Position numbers and translations under genes: made by a program. From positions 1 through 26,521 of the forward strand of contig JAHIMN010000105.1 of assembly GCA_018896395.1 (NCBI GenBank): a stretch of 26,521 nucleotides of DNA, in the 5' to 3' direction. Source of the stretch: Verrucomicrobiota bacterium (GTDB lineage Bacteria; Verrucomicrobiota; Kiritimatiellia; JAAZAB01). Below, piece by piece: positions 8,217 to 15,786 of this stretch (positions are counted from its first letter, which is position 1; each line of letters begins with the position of its first letter). The notes under the pieces were generated by a model, which was not told the origin of the DNA, searched no databases, and saw only the letters and a list, made by a program, of their open reading frames with translations.

Positions 8217-8795
8217 ATGACGTTTGGAAACATGTTTACGGTCATAGAAGCGGGCGTGCTCGTGCTCGTGCTGTGGGAATTCTTGTGGGGCCTGAAACGG
8301 GGGCTTTCGGGCGAGCTCTCGCGGCTGATCAGCACGGTGATCGTGCTAACCGCCGGCCTGCGATTTTATCAGACGGTGGGCCGCCTGTTGACCGATAATA
8401 CCCGGCTTTCGGAGGACCCGGAACTGGCGCTGGCCGTGGCGTTCCTTCTGATCGTGGTCTGGTTTGCGCTCCTGTTCCTCATTTTGCACTTGATCCTGCG
8501 CCTGCTGATGTCGGTCAAGTTCAATGACAGGATTGACCGGCCCGGGGGCGGGTTTGCCGGCCTCCTGCGCGGGGTGCTGATGGCGCTCCTGTGCGTGTAT
8601 GCGATCGGCTTGTGGCCCCACGAATACCTGCGGGACGTGGTGCGCAAGCAATCTATCGTCGGGCGGACGGTCTTCCAGTATGCTCCGCCGGTCATCGCAA
8701 AACTGAATGCCATTCGCTGGCTTGACGTCGGCGTGAAGCCGCCGCTTCCCTCGTCGCTCCCGCCGATTCCGGAACTGCCGGTGGAAATAGAGTAA
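8217..8795 (+). CDS. CvpA family membrane protein (colicin V production protein-like)
   Basis: Four hydrophobic segments; WGLKRGLSGEL and DRPGGGFAGLLRG match the CvpA pattern (G..RG...E; DR..G...G..RG). Start taken at ATG 8217. Confidence 0.8.
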   Translation: MTFGNMFTVIEAGVLVLVLWEFLWGLKRGLSGELSRLISTVIVLTAGLRFYQTVGRLLTDNTRLSEDPELALAVAFLLIVVWFALLFLILHLILRLLMSVKFNDRIDRPGGGFAGLLRGVLMALLCVYAIGLWPHEYLRDVVRKQSIVGRTVFQYAPPVIAKLNAIRWLDVGVKPPLPSSLPPIPELPVEIE

Positions 8796-8797
8796 CC

Positions 8798-10705
8798 ATG
8801 CCGCTCAAGGTTCCTCATGCCGTGTTGGAGGAGATCCGTCTCAATAACGATGTTGCGACGGTAATTGGCGCCTATTTCACACTCCAGCGCAGTGGCGCCA
8901 CCTTCAAGGCCCTCTGCCCGTTCCACAAGGAAAAGACGCCGTCCTTCATGGTCAATCCCCAGCGCCAGACCTACCACTGTTTCGGATGCGGCGCGGGGGG
9001 GGACGTATTCCGGTTCGTCATGGATTACGAGAAGGTGGATTTCATGACGGCCGTAAAAATGCTGGCCCAGCGCGCGGGTATCCGGCTGAAGCTGGAATCG
9101 GATGGCGCTAACGGTCAGCCCGGCAAGGAGGCGCTTTACGAAATCAATGCGCTCGTCGCCAAGTTCTACCAGCAGTTCCTGCTCAAACGCCCGGAAGGCG
9201 AACCCGCTCGGAAATACCTGGCGTCGCGCGACCTGCCGGCCTCGACCATCGAAGAGTTTATGATCGGCTTCGCCCCGGAGCGCTGGGACACCGTCCTGCG
9301 TTGGGCCGAAAAAAAGTATACGCGCGAGCAATTGGAAGCCGCCGGTCTGATCATCCCGGCCCGGCCGCGCCCCGAGGTTTACCCGCCTACGGCGGCGCCG
9401 AAGGCGACCAGGGATCCAACACCGACCGAAAGTCCCGTGCGCTGGTATGATCGCTTCCGCAACCGGCTCATGTTTCCCATCCAGGACGAACAGGGGCGCG
9501 TCGTGGGGTTCAGTGGGCGTGTTTTGGCCGCCGAGGCCGAAGCGGCCAAATATGTCAACACGCCGGAAACCGTGCTGTTCCGCAAAGGCCACATCCTCTA
9601 CGCGCTTCATAAGGCGCGCCGCGCCATCGTGGAATCGCGCGAGGCCATCGTCTGCGAAGGGCAGATTGACGTCATCCGCTGTCACCTGGCCGGGTTTCCG
9701 ACAGCGGTGGCGGCCCAGGGCACGGCGTTCACCGCCGACCATGCCCGCATTCTGAAGCGCTATGCCGACAGCATCGTGCTCGTCTTTGATGCCGACCATG
9801 CCGGGCAGAACGCCGCCCTGCGCGCGGCGGACACGTTCCTCCAGGTGGGGCTGGTAGTGCGCATCGCGGCGCTCCCGGCGGGTGCGGACCCCGATTCGCT
9901 GATCCGCCGCAAGGACGGTGTGGTCGCATTTAAAAAACTCCTCCAGGATGCCAAGTCTGCATTGGATTTTCAAATTGACGTGCTCACCGGTCGCGAAAAT
10001 CCGGATACGGAAGCCGGCCTGATGCGGCTGGCCACGGCCGTGGTGGCCACGATTGCCCGCACGCCCAATGCCGTCCAGCAGGCTCGGCTCATCCAGCAGG
10101 CTGCCGCGCGCCTGGCCGTGCCGGAGACGGCGCTACAGCATGAATTGGACAAGGTTCTGAGGCACAGTCGGCCGGTAGTCGTAGCCCCCGCGCCCCAGCA
10201 ATCTGATCCGGCGATACCGCGGCCGATCAAGGAACTGGCGCTGGCCGAACATCTGGCGGCGAATCTGGAACTGGCGGGCCTGGTCAGAACGTATTTGCCG
10301 CTGGACCTGGTGACGGATTTGCCGTGCCGGCAGGTGATCCAGGCCTGTCTGCAGGCGGAGCAGGGCAAGCGGGATGTCATGAGTATTATCGCGGAACAGG
10401 ACAATGATGAACGGGATCTATCCCGGTTTGTGGCCCAGACGCTGGCCGCGCCGGCCAAGATCAAGAGCGATTTTGCGACCCGGGAGGAGTCGGTCAAATC
10501 GCTCATCCTGGGCATCCGCACGGCGGCGCTCCAGCGGCGCCGAAAGGAGATCGCAAAACAATGCCAGGGCGTGCGCGTGGAGGCGGGATCCAAGCCGACC
10601 CCCGCGGAGGAGAAAAAGCTGGATTTGGAATATACTCAACTGGGGTATGATATTGCTAAACTTAAGCAGTGGAACACCGCCGTGCCGGTTATGAAAGGGA
10701 TGTGA
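8798..10705 (+). CDS. dnaG: DNA primase
   Basis: Zn-binding CPFHKEKTPSF and CFGC; YDRFRNRLMFPI; KYVNTPET; TOPRIM VCEGQIDV and FDADHAG; DPD. Confidence 0.97.
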   Translation: MPLKVPHAVLEEIRLNNDVATVIGAYFTLQRSGATFKALCPFHKEKTPSFMVNPQRQTYHCFGCGAGGDVFRFVMDYEKVDFMTAVKMLAQRAGIRLKLESDGANGQPGKEALYEINALVAKFYQQFLLKRPEGEPARKYLASRDLPASTIEEFMIGFAPERWDTVLRWAEKKYTREQLEAAGLIIPARPRPEVYPPTAAPKATRDPTPTESPVRWYDRFRNRLMFPIQDEQGRVVGFSGRVLAAEAEAAKYVNTPETVLFRKGHILYALHKARRAIVESREAIVCEGQIDVIRCHLAGFPTAVAAQGTAFTADHARILKRYADSIVLVFDADHAGQNAALRAADTFLQVGLVVRIAALPAGADPDSLIRRKDGVVAFKKLLQDAKSALDFQIDVLTGRENPDTEAGLMRLATAVVATIARTPNAVQQARLIQQAAARLAVPETALQHELDKVLRHSRPVVVAPAPQQSDPAIPRPIKELALAEHLAANLELAGLVRTYLPLDLVTDLPCRQVIQACLQAEQGKRDVMSIIAEQDNDERDLSRFVAQTLAAPAKIKSDFATREESVKSLILGIRTAALQRRRKEIAKQCQGVRVEAGSKPTPAEEKKLDLEYTQLGYDIAKLKQWNTAVPVMKGM

Positions 10706-10770
10706 CGTTTTAGCATACCGGCACGGAATTAAACTTGAAAAAAATAGCCGGATGGAATAACATCAAGGCG

Positions 10771-10881
10771 AATGGAGCACTCCGCGGCAAGCCGCGGGGT
10801 ATCTTTGCGGAACCCTGCGAAGCCGGGAATGCCATTCCTTCCTGTGGCAAGCCACAGGACTTTCTGGCGAAGAAGGGTGAA
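10771..10881. mobile_element. Non-autonomous double-hairpin element, IS200/IS605-end-like (PATE/MITE)
   Basis: Two related hairpins with a GGCAAGCC core: CTCCGCGGCAAGCCGCGGGG (10780-10799) and TCCTGTGGCAAGCCACAGGA (10840-10859); no ORF. The IS200/605 link is an inference from subterminal-hairpin architecture; boundaries approximate. Confidence 0.5.
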
Positions 10882-10950
10882 TAGGGGAAGCAAGCCGAAT
10901 CCGGAGTTAAGACACACCGTGACTTTTAAGATGTTACAAAGGATGTGACC

Positions 10951-11661
10951 ATGAGTTTTCTCAGCCAGTTGTTTGGAAAGCGCGCCGGGGGGCGCAAAAC
11001 CTTGACCCGGCCGGCGGAGGAACGGGTTTATGTGGTGGATGCCACCGGTATGGTTGATCCGCGCCAGCGTAACGGCGGCGGCCAGGCCAGTCCCCGCGAC
11101 CATTTTGCGATCCTGCGGATGCTGGCCCAGTTTGCCGGCCGGGAAGGGATTGAAATCCAGGCGGTTTTTACCGGGCGCCCTTTGCGCGAAGCCGGCGAGG
11201 GTCAGGAATTCAAGGGTGTGCGTGTGTTCTACACCGAGAACGGCGCGAGCGCCCAGGCTAAGATGAAAGACCTGATCCGCAAACTGGCTGTCCGCAAAGA
11301 CGTGGTGCTGCTGACGGCGAATGCCACGCTGGAGCGGGAGGCTGGGGAGCTGGGCGCGGTCTGTATGCGGCTTTCGACTTTGCGGAAAAGTTTTGATGAG
11401 CGTGATGACCGTGATCGGGACCGGGGCGACCAGGGGAATCGCGGAGAACATGGCGACCGTGACCGCGGGAATCGTGAACGCGGGAATCGTAACCACGGCA
11501 ACCGTGACCGCGGGAATCGGGACCGTGGCGATCGGGATCGCCAACACGGGCCCAATAACAATCGCAACCCTGCGTCCGAAACACCGGAAGAGCCTGCCGA
11601 GGAAGCCGACAAGAGAGAAAAAGAGAATCAAACCGTACTTGATCTGATTGATCCCGTCTAA
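10951..11661 (+). CDS. YacP/Rae1-like NYN (PIN-fold) domain protein with degenerate active site and Arg/Asp/Gly-rich tail
   Basis: YVVDATG..AVFTG..VRVFYT..SAQAKM..VVLLTAN..GAVCM aligns by eye with YacP (LLVDGYN..VVFDA..V.FT..TAD..VATSD..GA). SD AAAGGA 7 nt before ATG 10951. Confidence 0.65.
   Translation: MSFLSQLFGKRAGGRKTLTRPAEERVYVVDATGMVDPRQRNGGGQASPRDHFAILRMLAQFAGREGIEIQAVFTGRPLREAGEGQEFKGVRVFYTENGASAQAKMKDLIRKLAVRKDVVLLTANATLEREAGELGAVCMRLSTLRKSFDERDDRDRDRGDQGNRGEHGDRDRGNRERGNRNHGNRDRGNRDRGDRDRQHGPNNNRNPASETPEEPAEEADKREKENQTVLDLIDPV
11410..11541 (+). repeat. 15-nt coding tandem repeat encoding RDRGN-type pentapeptides
   Basis: Units CGTGACCGCGGGAAT at 11458 and 11503, variants at 11473, 11488 and 11518, more degenerate copies upstream. 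Confidence 0.85.
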
Positions 11662-11693
11662 CGCGGGCCAACGCCCGCAGCCCAAAGAATTTG

Positions 11694-11773
11694 CCCGCTA
11701 AACACGCGAAAGGACCGCTAAATTTAAAAGGAAAATCTTTTCTTTTTTCGCGTCTTTTTGCGTGTTTCGCGGG
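11694..11773. repeat. Imperfect inverted repeat of 9/10-nt periodic units (CGCGAAACA-type), empty, between convergent genes
   Basis: Left CCCGCTAAACACGCGAAAGGACCGCTAAA vs reverse complement of right CCCGCGAAACACGCAAAAAGACGCGAAA (24/29 aligned); 23-nt AT-rich core. Confidence 0.8.
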
Positions 11774-11828
11774 TAATGTTCCGGTTTCTTTTCTTGTTTG
11801 TTATAGCGGTTTCCGGTGGATTAATTTC

Positions 11829-12563
11829 TTAATCCGGTTTTTGTGGCTGCGGCTGTAACATGAAGAGCGCGATGCCCGCCGCCACTGAGGCGTTGAGCGA
11901 TGTGACACGTCCCTGCTGGGGAATACTCACGAGGTGATGGGCCTGGTTGAGAATGTGCTGGCCGACCGCCCGGTGCTCACCGCCGATCACAAGCAGAATT
12001 TTCTTCGCCTTCCGTTCGCTCAGATGCCGGAGATCTTCCTTTCCGCGCGCGTCCAGGGCCACAAGCGTAAACCCCATCGGCAACAGTGCCTTGACATATT
12101 CGTTGGCGGTATGGTCACGGGCAATCCTAAGATATTCGGTGGCGCCGGAGGCAGCCTTGACCACCGAGGGATAGATTTCCGGAACGCCCCGGTTGGCCAA
12201 CAGCACATTATGCCAGCCGAAAATTTCGGCACTGCGTAAAATGGCGCCGACGTTCTGGGGGTCTTCCACGTTGTCAATCAACAGCAAACGGTCGGCCGCC
12301 TGCAGGTCTTCCAGTGAAGCGTAGGGGTACGGTTCCACTTCCAACACGATACCCTGGTGCTCCGTTGTCCGGCATAGATCAAAGAGCCGGCGCTTGTCGG
12401 TGGCGGTTACCGGCACCTTGGTCGCGTTCAATAGTTCGGTCAGTTTGCGGCGCCGGGAACCGGTGGCGCCGCTTGGGCCCCAATAGGCCGCGCTAATCGC
12501 GCGGCGCCGGGCGCGCACGACCTCGAAGGCCGGATTGATGCCGTAAATATATTCGGTGGTCAT
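11829..12563 (-). CDS. rlmB: 23S rRNA (guanosine-2'-O)-methyltransferase, TrmH/SpoU family (RlmB-like)
   Basis: YIYGINPA, HQGIV, DNVEDPQNVGAILRSA, LVIGGE, SIPQQGRVTSLNASVAAGI. Confidence 0.85.
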   Translation of the reverse strand: MTTEYIYGINPAFEVVRARRRAISAAYWGPSGATGSRRRKLTELLNATKVPVTATDKRRLFDLCRTTEHQGIVLEVEPYPYASLEDLQAADRLLLIDNVEDPQNVGAILRSAEIFGWHNVLLANRGVPEIYPSVVKAASGATEYLRIARDHTANEYVKALLPMGFTLVALDARGKEDLRHLSERKAKKILLVIGGEHRAVGQHILNQAHHLVSIPQQGRVTSLNASVAAGIALFMLQPQPQKPD

Positions 12564-12627
12564 GAACGCACGCTGCCAAATCAGCTCATTCCTGAATCTT
12601 GCATCGCGTCAGTTTGGCGTCCTTTTC

Positions 12628-12669
12628 TTTCGCACGCTTCACGCGATACGCTTTACGCTTCACGTGCTT
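12628..12669. repeat. Solo heptamer array (CGCTTCA family) containing the nucleotidyltransferase stop codon
   Basis: TTTCGCA CGCTTCA CGCGATA CGCTTTA CGCTTCA CGTGCTT. Confidence 0.85.
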
Positions 12670-13198
12670 TTGGAGGTTGGACTTGTTGCTTGAGATCGTC
12701 GGTGAGCAAGTCCCAGAGCCGGGGATGTGCCTCCACCAGCCGGGCAATATCCGCAAGATCTTTGATCCGCTTGCTTTGCCTTCGTTCAGGCTCGGACCAT
12801 GCCTTCATCTTGCCTCGGAGGGTGTCTTCCAGAGAAGCTACTCGCAGGAGAATGCCATGAACATCAGCGGGAACGGCGCGGGAGGGGAAGTCGGAATAAA
12901 AATCCCCCGTGCTGAGTTGGATGCTGACGGTCGAACGCCCCGTAAAGTTGATGGACCACTCGAATCTCTCGGAACGAAATCCCGCCTCCTCAAGCAATGC
13001 GACTGTGCGCTCGATTGAATCTGAAGCAACGACGATATCCACGTCCTGGGTTACCATGGGTTGCTCTGCCCAGTGATTCACCGCCACGCCGCCTATGGCG
13101 CACCACACGGCGTCCGCTCTTTCGAGGCAGTCAACGAGTCGCATGACATCATCCGTTCCGCCGGAAGTCTGCCAATCGTAAAATTGTTTTGCAGTCAT
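12653..13198 (-). CDS. Orphan nucleotidyltransferase-fold protein (Pol-beta superfamily, AbiEii-like)
   Basis: IGGVAV followed by TQDVDIVV (GG/GS + DxD) and C-terminal K..R..KDLAD pattern. Confidence 0.75.
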   Translation of the reverse strand: MTAKQFYDWQTSGGTDDVMRLVDCLERADAVWCAIGGVAVNHWAEQPMVTQDVDIVVASDSIERTVALLEEAGFRSERFEWSINFTGRSTVSIQLSTGDFYSDFPSRAVPADVHGILLRVASLEDTLRGKMKAWSEPERRQSKRIKDLADIARLVEAHPRLWDLLTDDLKQQVQPPKAREA

Positions 13199-13335
13199 AA
13201 GTGAACGTTACCAAAACGGCCCAGCGGTTGCCACTTTTTTTTTACCGAACAACTACGGAGGGGCGTCACCGGAACCAACTGCAACGCCGTATCCCGCAGT
13301 GCGGGAATAATGAGGGGCACTCATCAAAGGCGCGG

Positions 13336-13370
13336 TGTCAATAGATTCCACGAAGTTGAATCTATTGACA
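13336..13370. promoter_or_regulatory. Perfect 13-bp inverted repeat carrying TTGACA; likely operator/promoter of the SDR operon
   Basis: TGTCAATAGATTC-N9-GAATCTATTGACA. Confidence 0.6.
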
Positions 13371-13471
13371 TCTGTTTCTTAAAGCGATAAAGGTAACAGG
13401 AAAACACCCGGCCATATTTCTTTGTATATTCATGCAGAACGTCTCTAAATAATACAGAAAGGAAAGCGGTT

Positions 13472-14224
13472 ATGATTCCAATCAATCTCTCCGGTAAAAC
13501 AGCCATTATTACCGGTTCCGGCCAGGGACTCGGAGCGAGTACCGCTGCATTGCTTGCCCGGGCAGGCGCCAATGTGGTCATTAACTACTTTAATGATCCT
13601 CAGGGCATGAACCTTCAGCGGGCCAAAGTCGCGTCGGATGCAATTGGCGTTTCCGCGCTATTGATTGACGCCGATGTGCGTGATCTCACAGCGGTGGCTG
13701 CCATGTTTAGCCGGACCATTGATCATTTCGGACAAATTGATTTAGTGGTCAACAATGCGGGTATTCTCCGGGATCGGAGCATTAAAAAAATGACCAGCGA
13801 GGAATGGAACGATGTTGTTGATACTAATTTGACGGGTGTATTTAATGTCTGCAAGCTGGCGGCGGAGAAATTAGCCGATGGCGGACGGATTGTGAACGTG
13901 TCCTCAATATCAGCCTTCCAGGGTTTTTTTGGGCAGTGCAATTATGCGGCCGCCAAAGGGGGCGTTGTGAGCCTGACCAAGGTGCTCAGCAAGGAATTGG
14001 CCAAAAGAAATATTACGGTCAACGCGGTGGCGCCGGGCGTGGTACTGACGGAAATGGGAAAATCCATTTCGGAAGAAGTTCGCAAGGAAATGCTTAAATC
14101 CATTCCCTTGGGCCGTTTTGGAGAACCGGACGAGATCGGCAAGGTGATCCTGTTTCTCTGCAGTGATCTCGCCTCTTATGTTACCGGCCAGACGATTCAC
14201 GTCAGCGGAGGTTGGTGGGTATGA
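13472..14224 (+). CDS. SDR oxidoreductase, 3-oxoacyl-ACP/CoA reductase (FabG/PhaB-like)
   Basis: TGSGQGLG, NNAG, SS, YAAAK, NAVAPG; SD AAGGAAAG. Confidence 0.9.
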   Translation: MIPINLSGKTAIITGSGQGLGASTAALLARAGANVVINYFNDPQGMNLQRAKVASDAIGVSALLIDADVRDLTAVAAMFSRTIDHFGQIDLVVNNAGILRDRSIKKMTSEEWNDVVDTNLTGVFNVCKLAAEKLADGGRIVNVSSISAFQGFFGQCNYAAAKGGVVSLTKVLSKELAKRNITVNAVAPGVVLTEMGKSISEEVRKEMLKSIPLGRFGEPDEIGKVILFLCSDLASYVTGQTIHVSGGWWV

Positions 14225-15786
14225 CGCGCCCTTTGTGCAAAAAGCTTTGCTCATCCGATGAGGCGGTTCATTTGATTCAGGATGGACAAACCGTAGCCTG
14301 CAGCGGATTTGTCGGTTGCGCCCATCCGGAAGCGCTCACTGCCGCTATTGAAAGAATATTCATAGCAACCCTCTCCCCCCGGAACTTGACGCTGGTCTAT
14401 GCCGCAGGACAGGGAGATGGAAAGACGCGGGGACTAAATCATTTGGCCCATGAAGGACTGCTCAAAAGAGTCATTGGCGGACATTGGGCGCTGGCGCCAA
14501 ACCTTGGAAAATTAGCTATTGCGGGAAAAATTGAAGCCTATAATTTCCCGCAAGGCGTTATTTGTCAATTATATCGCGACATTGCCGCCGGCCGGCCGGG
14601 TTGTATCACGCATATTGGTCTAAATACATTTATTGATCCTATCAATCAAGGGGGACGGCAAAATGACGTCACCCCATCCGGTATGGTTGAACGCGTAAAA
14701 TTGGGAGAAAAAACATGGTTGTGGTACAAAGCCTTTCCCATCCATATTGGCCTGATCCGCGCCACGGCCGCGGATCAGTCAGGCAATTTAGTCATGGAGC
14801 GCGAATGCATCATTGGAGAAGTCTTGGCTATGGCTCAGGCCGTTCATAATTCCGGTGGGCTCGTTCTTGCCCAAGTCAGCCAACTGCGCTCTGAACCGGC
14901 GGCGCCTCAGAACGTCCGGGTTCCGGGCGTCCTGGTGGACCGCATCGTAGTCGCCGATCCGCATGAGCATGCCCAAACCTTCGCGGAAGCATATAATCCA
15001 CAATACTGTTCACCAGCCCCGAACAACGACTTGGCATGGAGCAGACCGGAGTCGGCCATGCCGATGGACGAACGCCGTGTTATTACGGCCAGAGCTTGCG
15101 ATGAACTCCCGGAGCATGCCATTGCCAACCTTGGGATTGGCATGCCGGAGGGGATCGCCAAAATTGCCATGGAACGCGGAATTCTCAACACCTTTACGCT
15201 GACAGTGGAAAGCGGTCCTATCGGCGGTATGCCGGCATCCGGATTAAGTTTTGGCGCTTCAGTTTATCCGCAGGCCATTATTGACCAGCCGGCGCAGTTT
15301 GACTTTTATGACGGAGGCGGGTTGGATTTTGCCGCCTTGGGAGCGGCTCAAATCGATGCGGAAGGGAATGTCAATGTCTCGAAATTTGGCGCCCGACTTG
15401 CCGGAGTGGGCGGATTCGTTAATATCACTCAGACCGCCAAAACACTGGTCTTCTGCGGCACATTTACGGCGGGTGAACTGAAAGTAAACGTGAGCGACGG
15501 AAGAATTCAAATCATCCAGGAAGGATCTATCCGCAAATTCGTTAAACAAGTTGAACAAATATCGTTCAGCAGCAACCGTTCCCGCCAGATCGGCCAGAAA
15601 GTGTTCTATGTTACGGAACGCGCTGTTTTCAGACTGACGAGTGAAGGATTGGAACTCATCGAGGTGGCCCCGGGAATAGATCTGCAAAAACAAATCCTGG
15701 ACTTGATGGAATTCAAGCCGGTCATCCATGCCGTTCGTCCCATGCCGGAACATGTTTTTTGTAAAAACGGAAGGATATTACCATGA
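14221..15786 (+). CDS. Acyl-CoA:acetate CoA-transferase, fused family I (YdiF/Pct-like)
   Basis: GFVG, AAGQGD, GHW, NLGIGMPEG, catalytic TVESG, GNVNVS, GGFVNI, TER; ATGA overlaps with both neighbours. Confidence 0.88.
   Translation: MTRPLCKKLCSSDEAVHLIQDGQTVACSGFVGCAHPEALTAAIERIFIATLSPRNLTLVYAAGQGDGKTRGLNHLAHEGLLKRVIGGHWALAPNLGKLAIAGKIEAYNFPQGVICQLYRDIAAGRPGCITHIGLNTFIDPINQGGRQNDVTPSGMVERVKLGEKTWLWYKAFPIHIGLIRATAADQSGNLVMERECIIGEVLAMAQAVHNSGGLVLAQVSQLRSEPAAPQNVRVPGVLVDRIVVADPHEHAQTFAEAYNPQYCSPAPNNDLAWSRPESAMPMDERRVITARACDELPEHAIANLGIGMPEGIAKIAMERGILNTFTLTVESGPIGGMPASGLSFGASVYPQAIIDQPAQFDFYDGGGLDFAALGAAQIDAEGNVNVSKFGARLAGVGGFVNITQTAKTLVFCGTFTAGELKVNVSDGRIQIIQEGSIRKFVKQVEQISFSSNRSRQIGQKVFYVTERAVFRLTSEGLELIEVAPGIDLQKQILDLMEFKPVIHAVRPMPEHVFCKNGRILP

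Noticed and set aside
8369-9973. 534-aa minus-strand ORF, plus other long antisense ORFs (10729-11685, 16883-17752, 18096-19070, 20930-21766, 22968-24458, 25054-25881)
   Set aside because: They are shadow frames opposite well-supported genes in GC-rich DNA and have no recognisable motifs.
11818-11835. Small hairpin GGATTAA-TTTC-TTAATCC at the rlmB stop
   Set aside because: The stem is weak and AT-rich, so it cannot be supported as a terminator.
13289-13311. TATTCCCGCACTGCGGGATACGG (minus strand) resembles a type I-E CRISPR repeat, and a Cas4-like gene is in the window
   Set aside because: It is a single copy with no spacers and no cas1/cas2, and the nuclease is 11 kb away.
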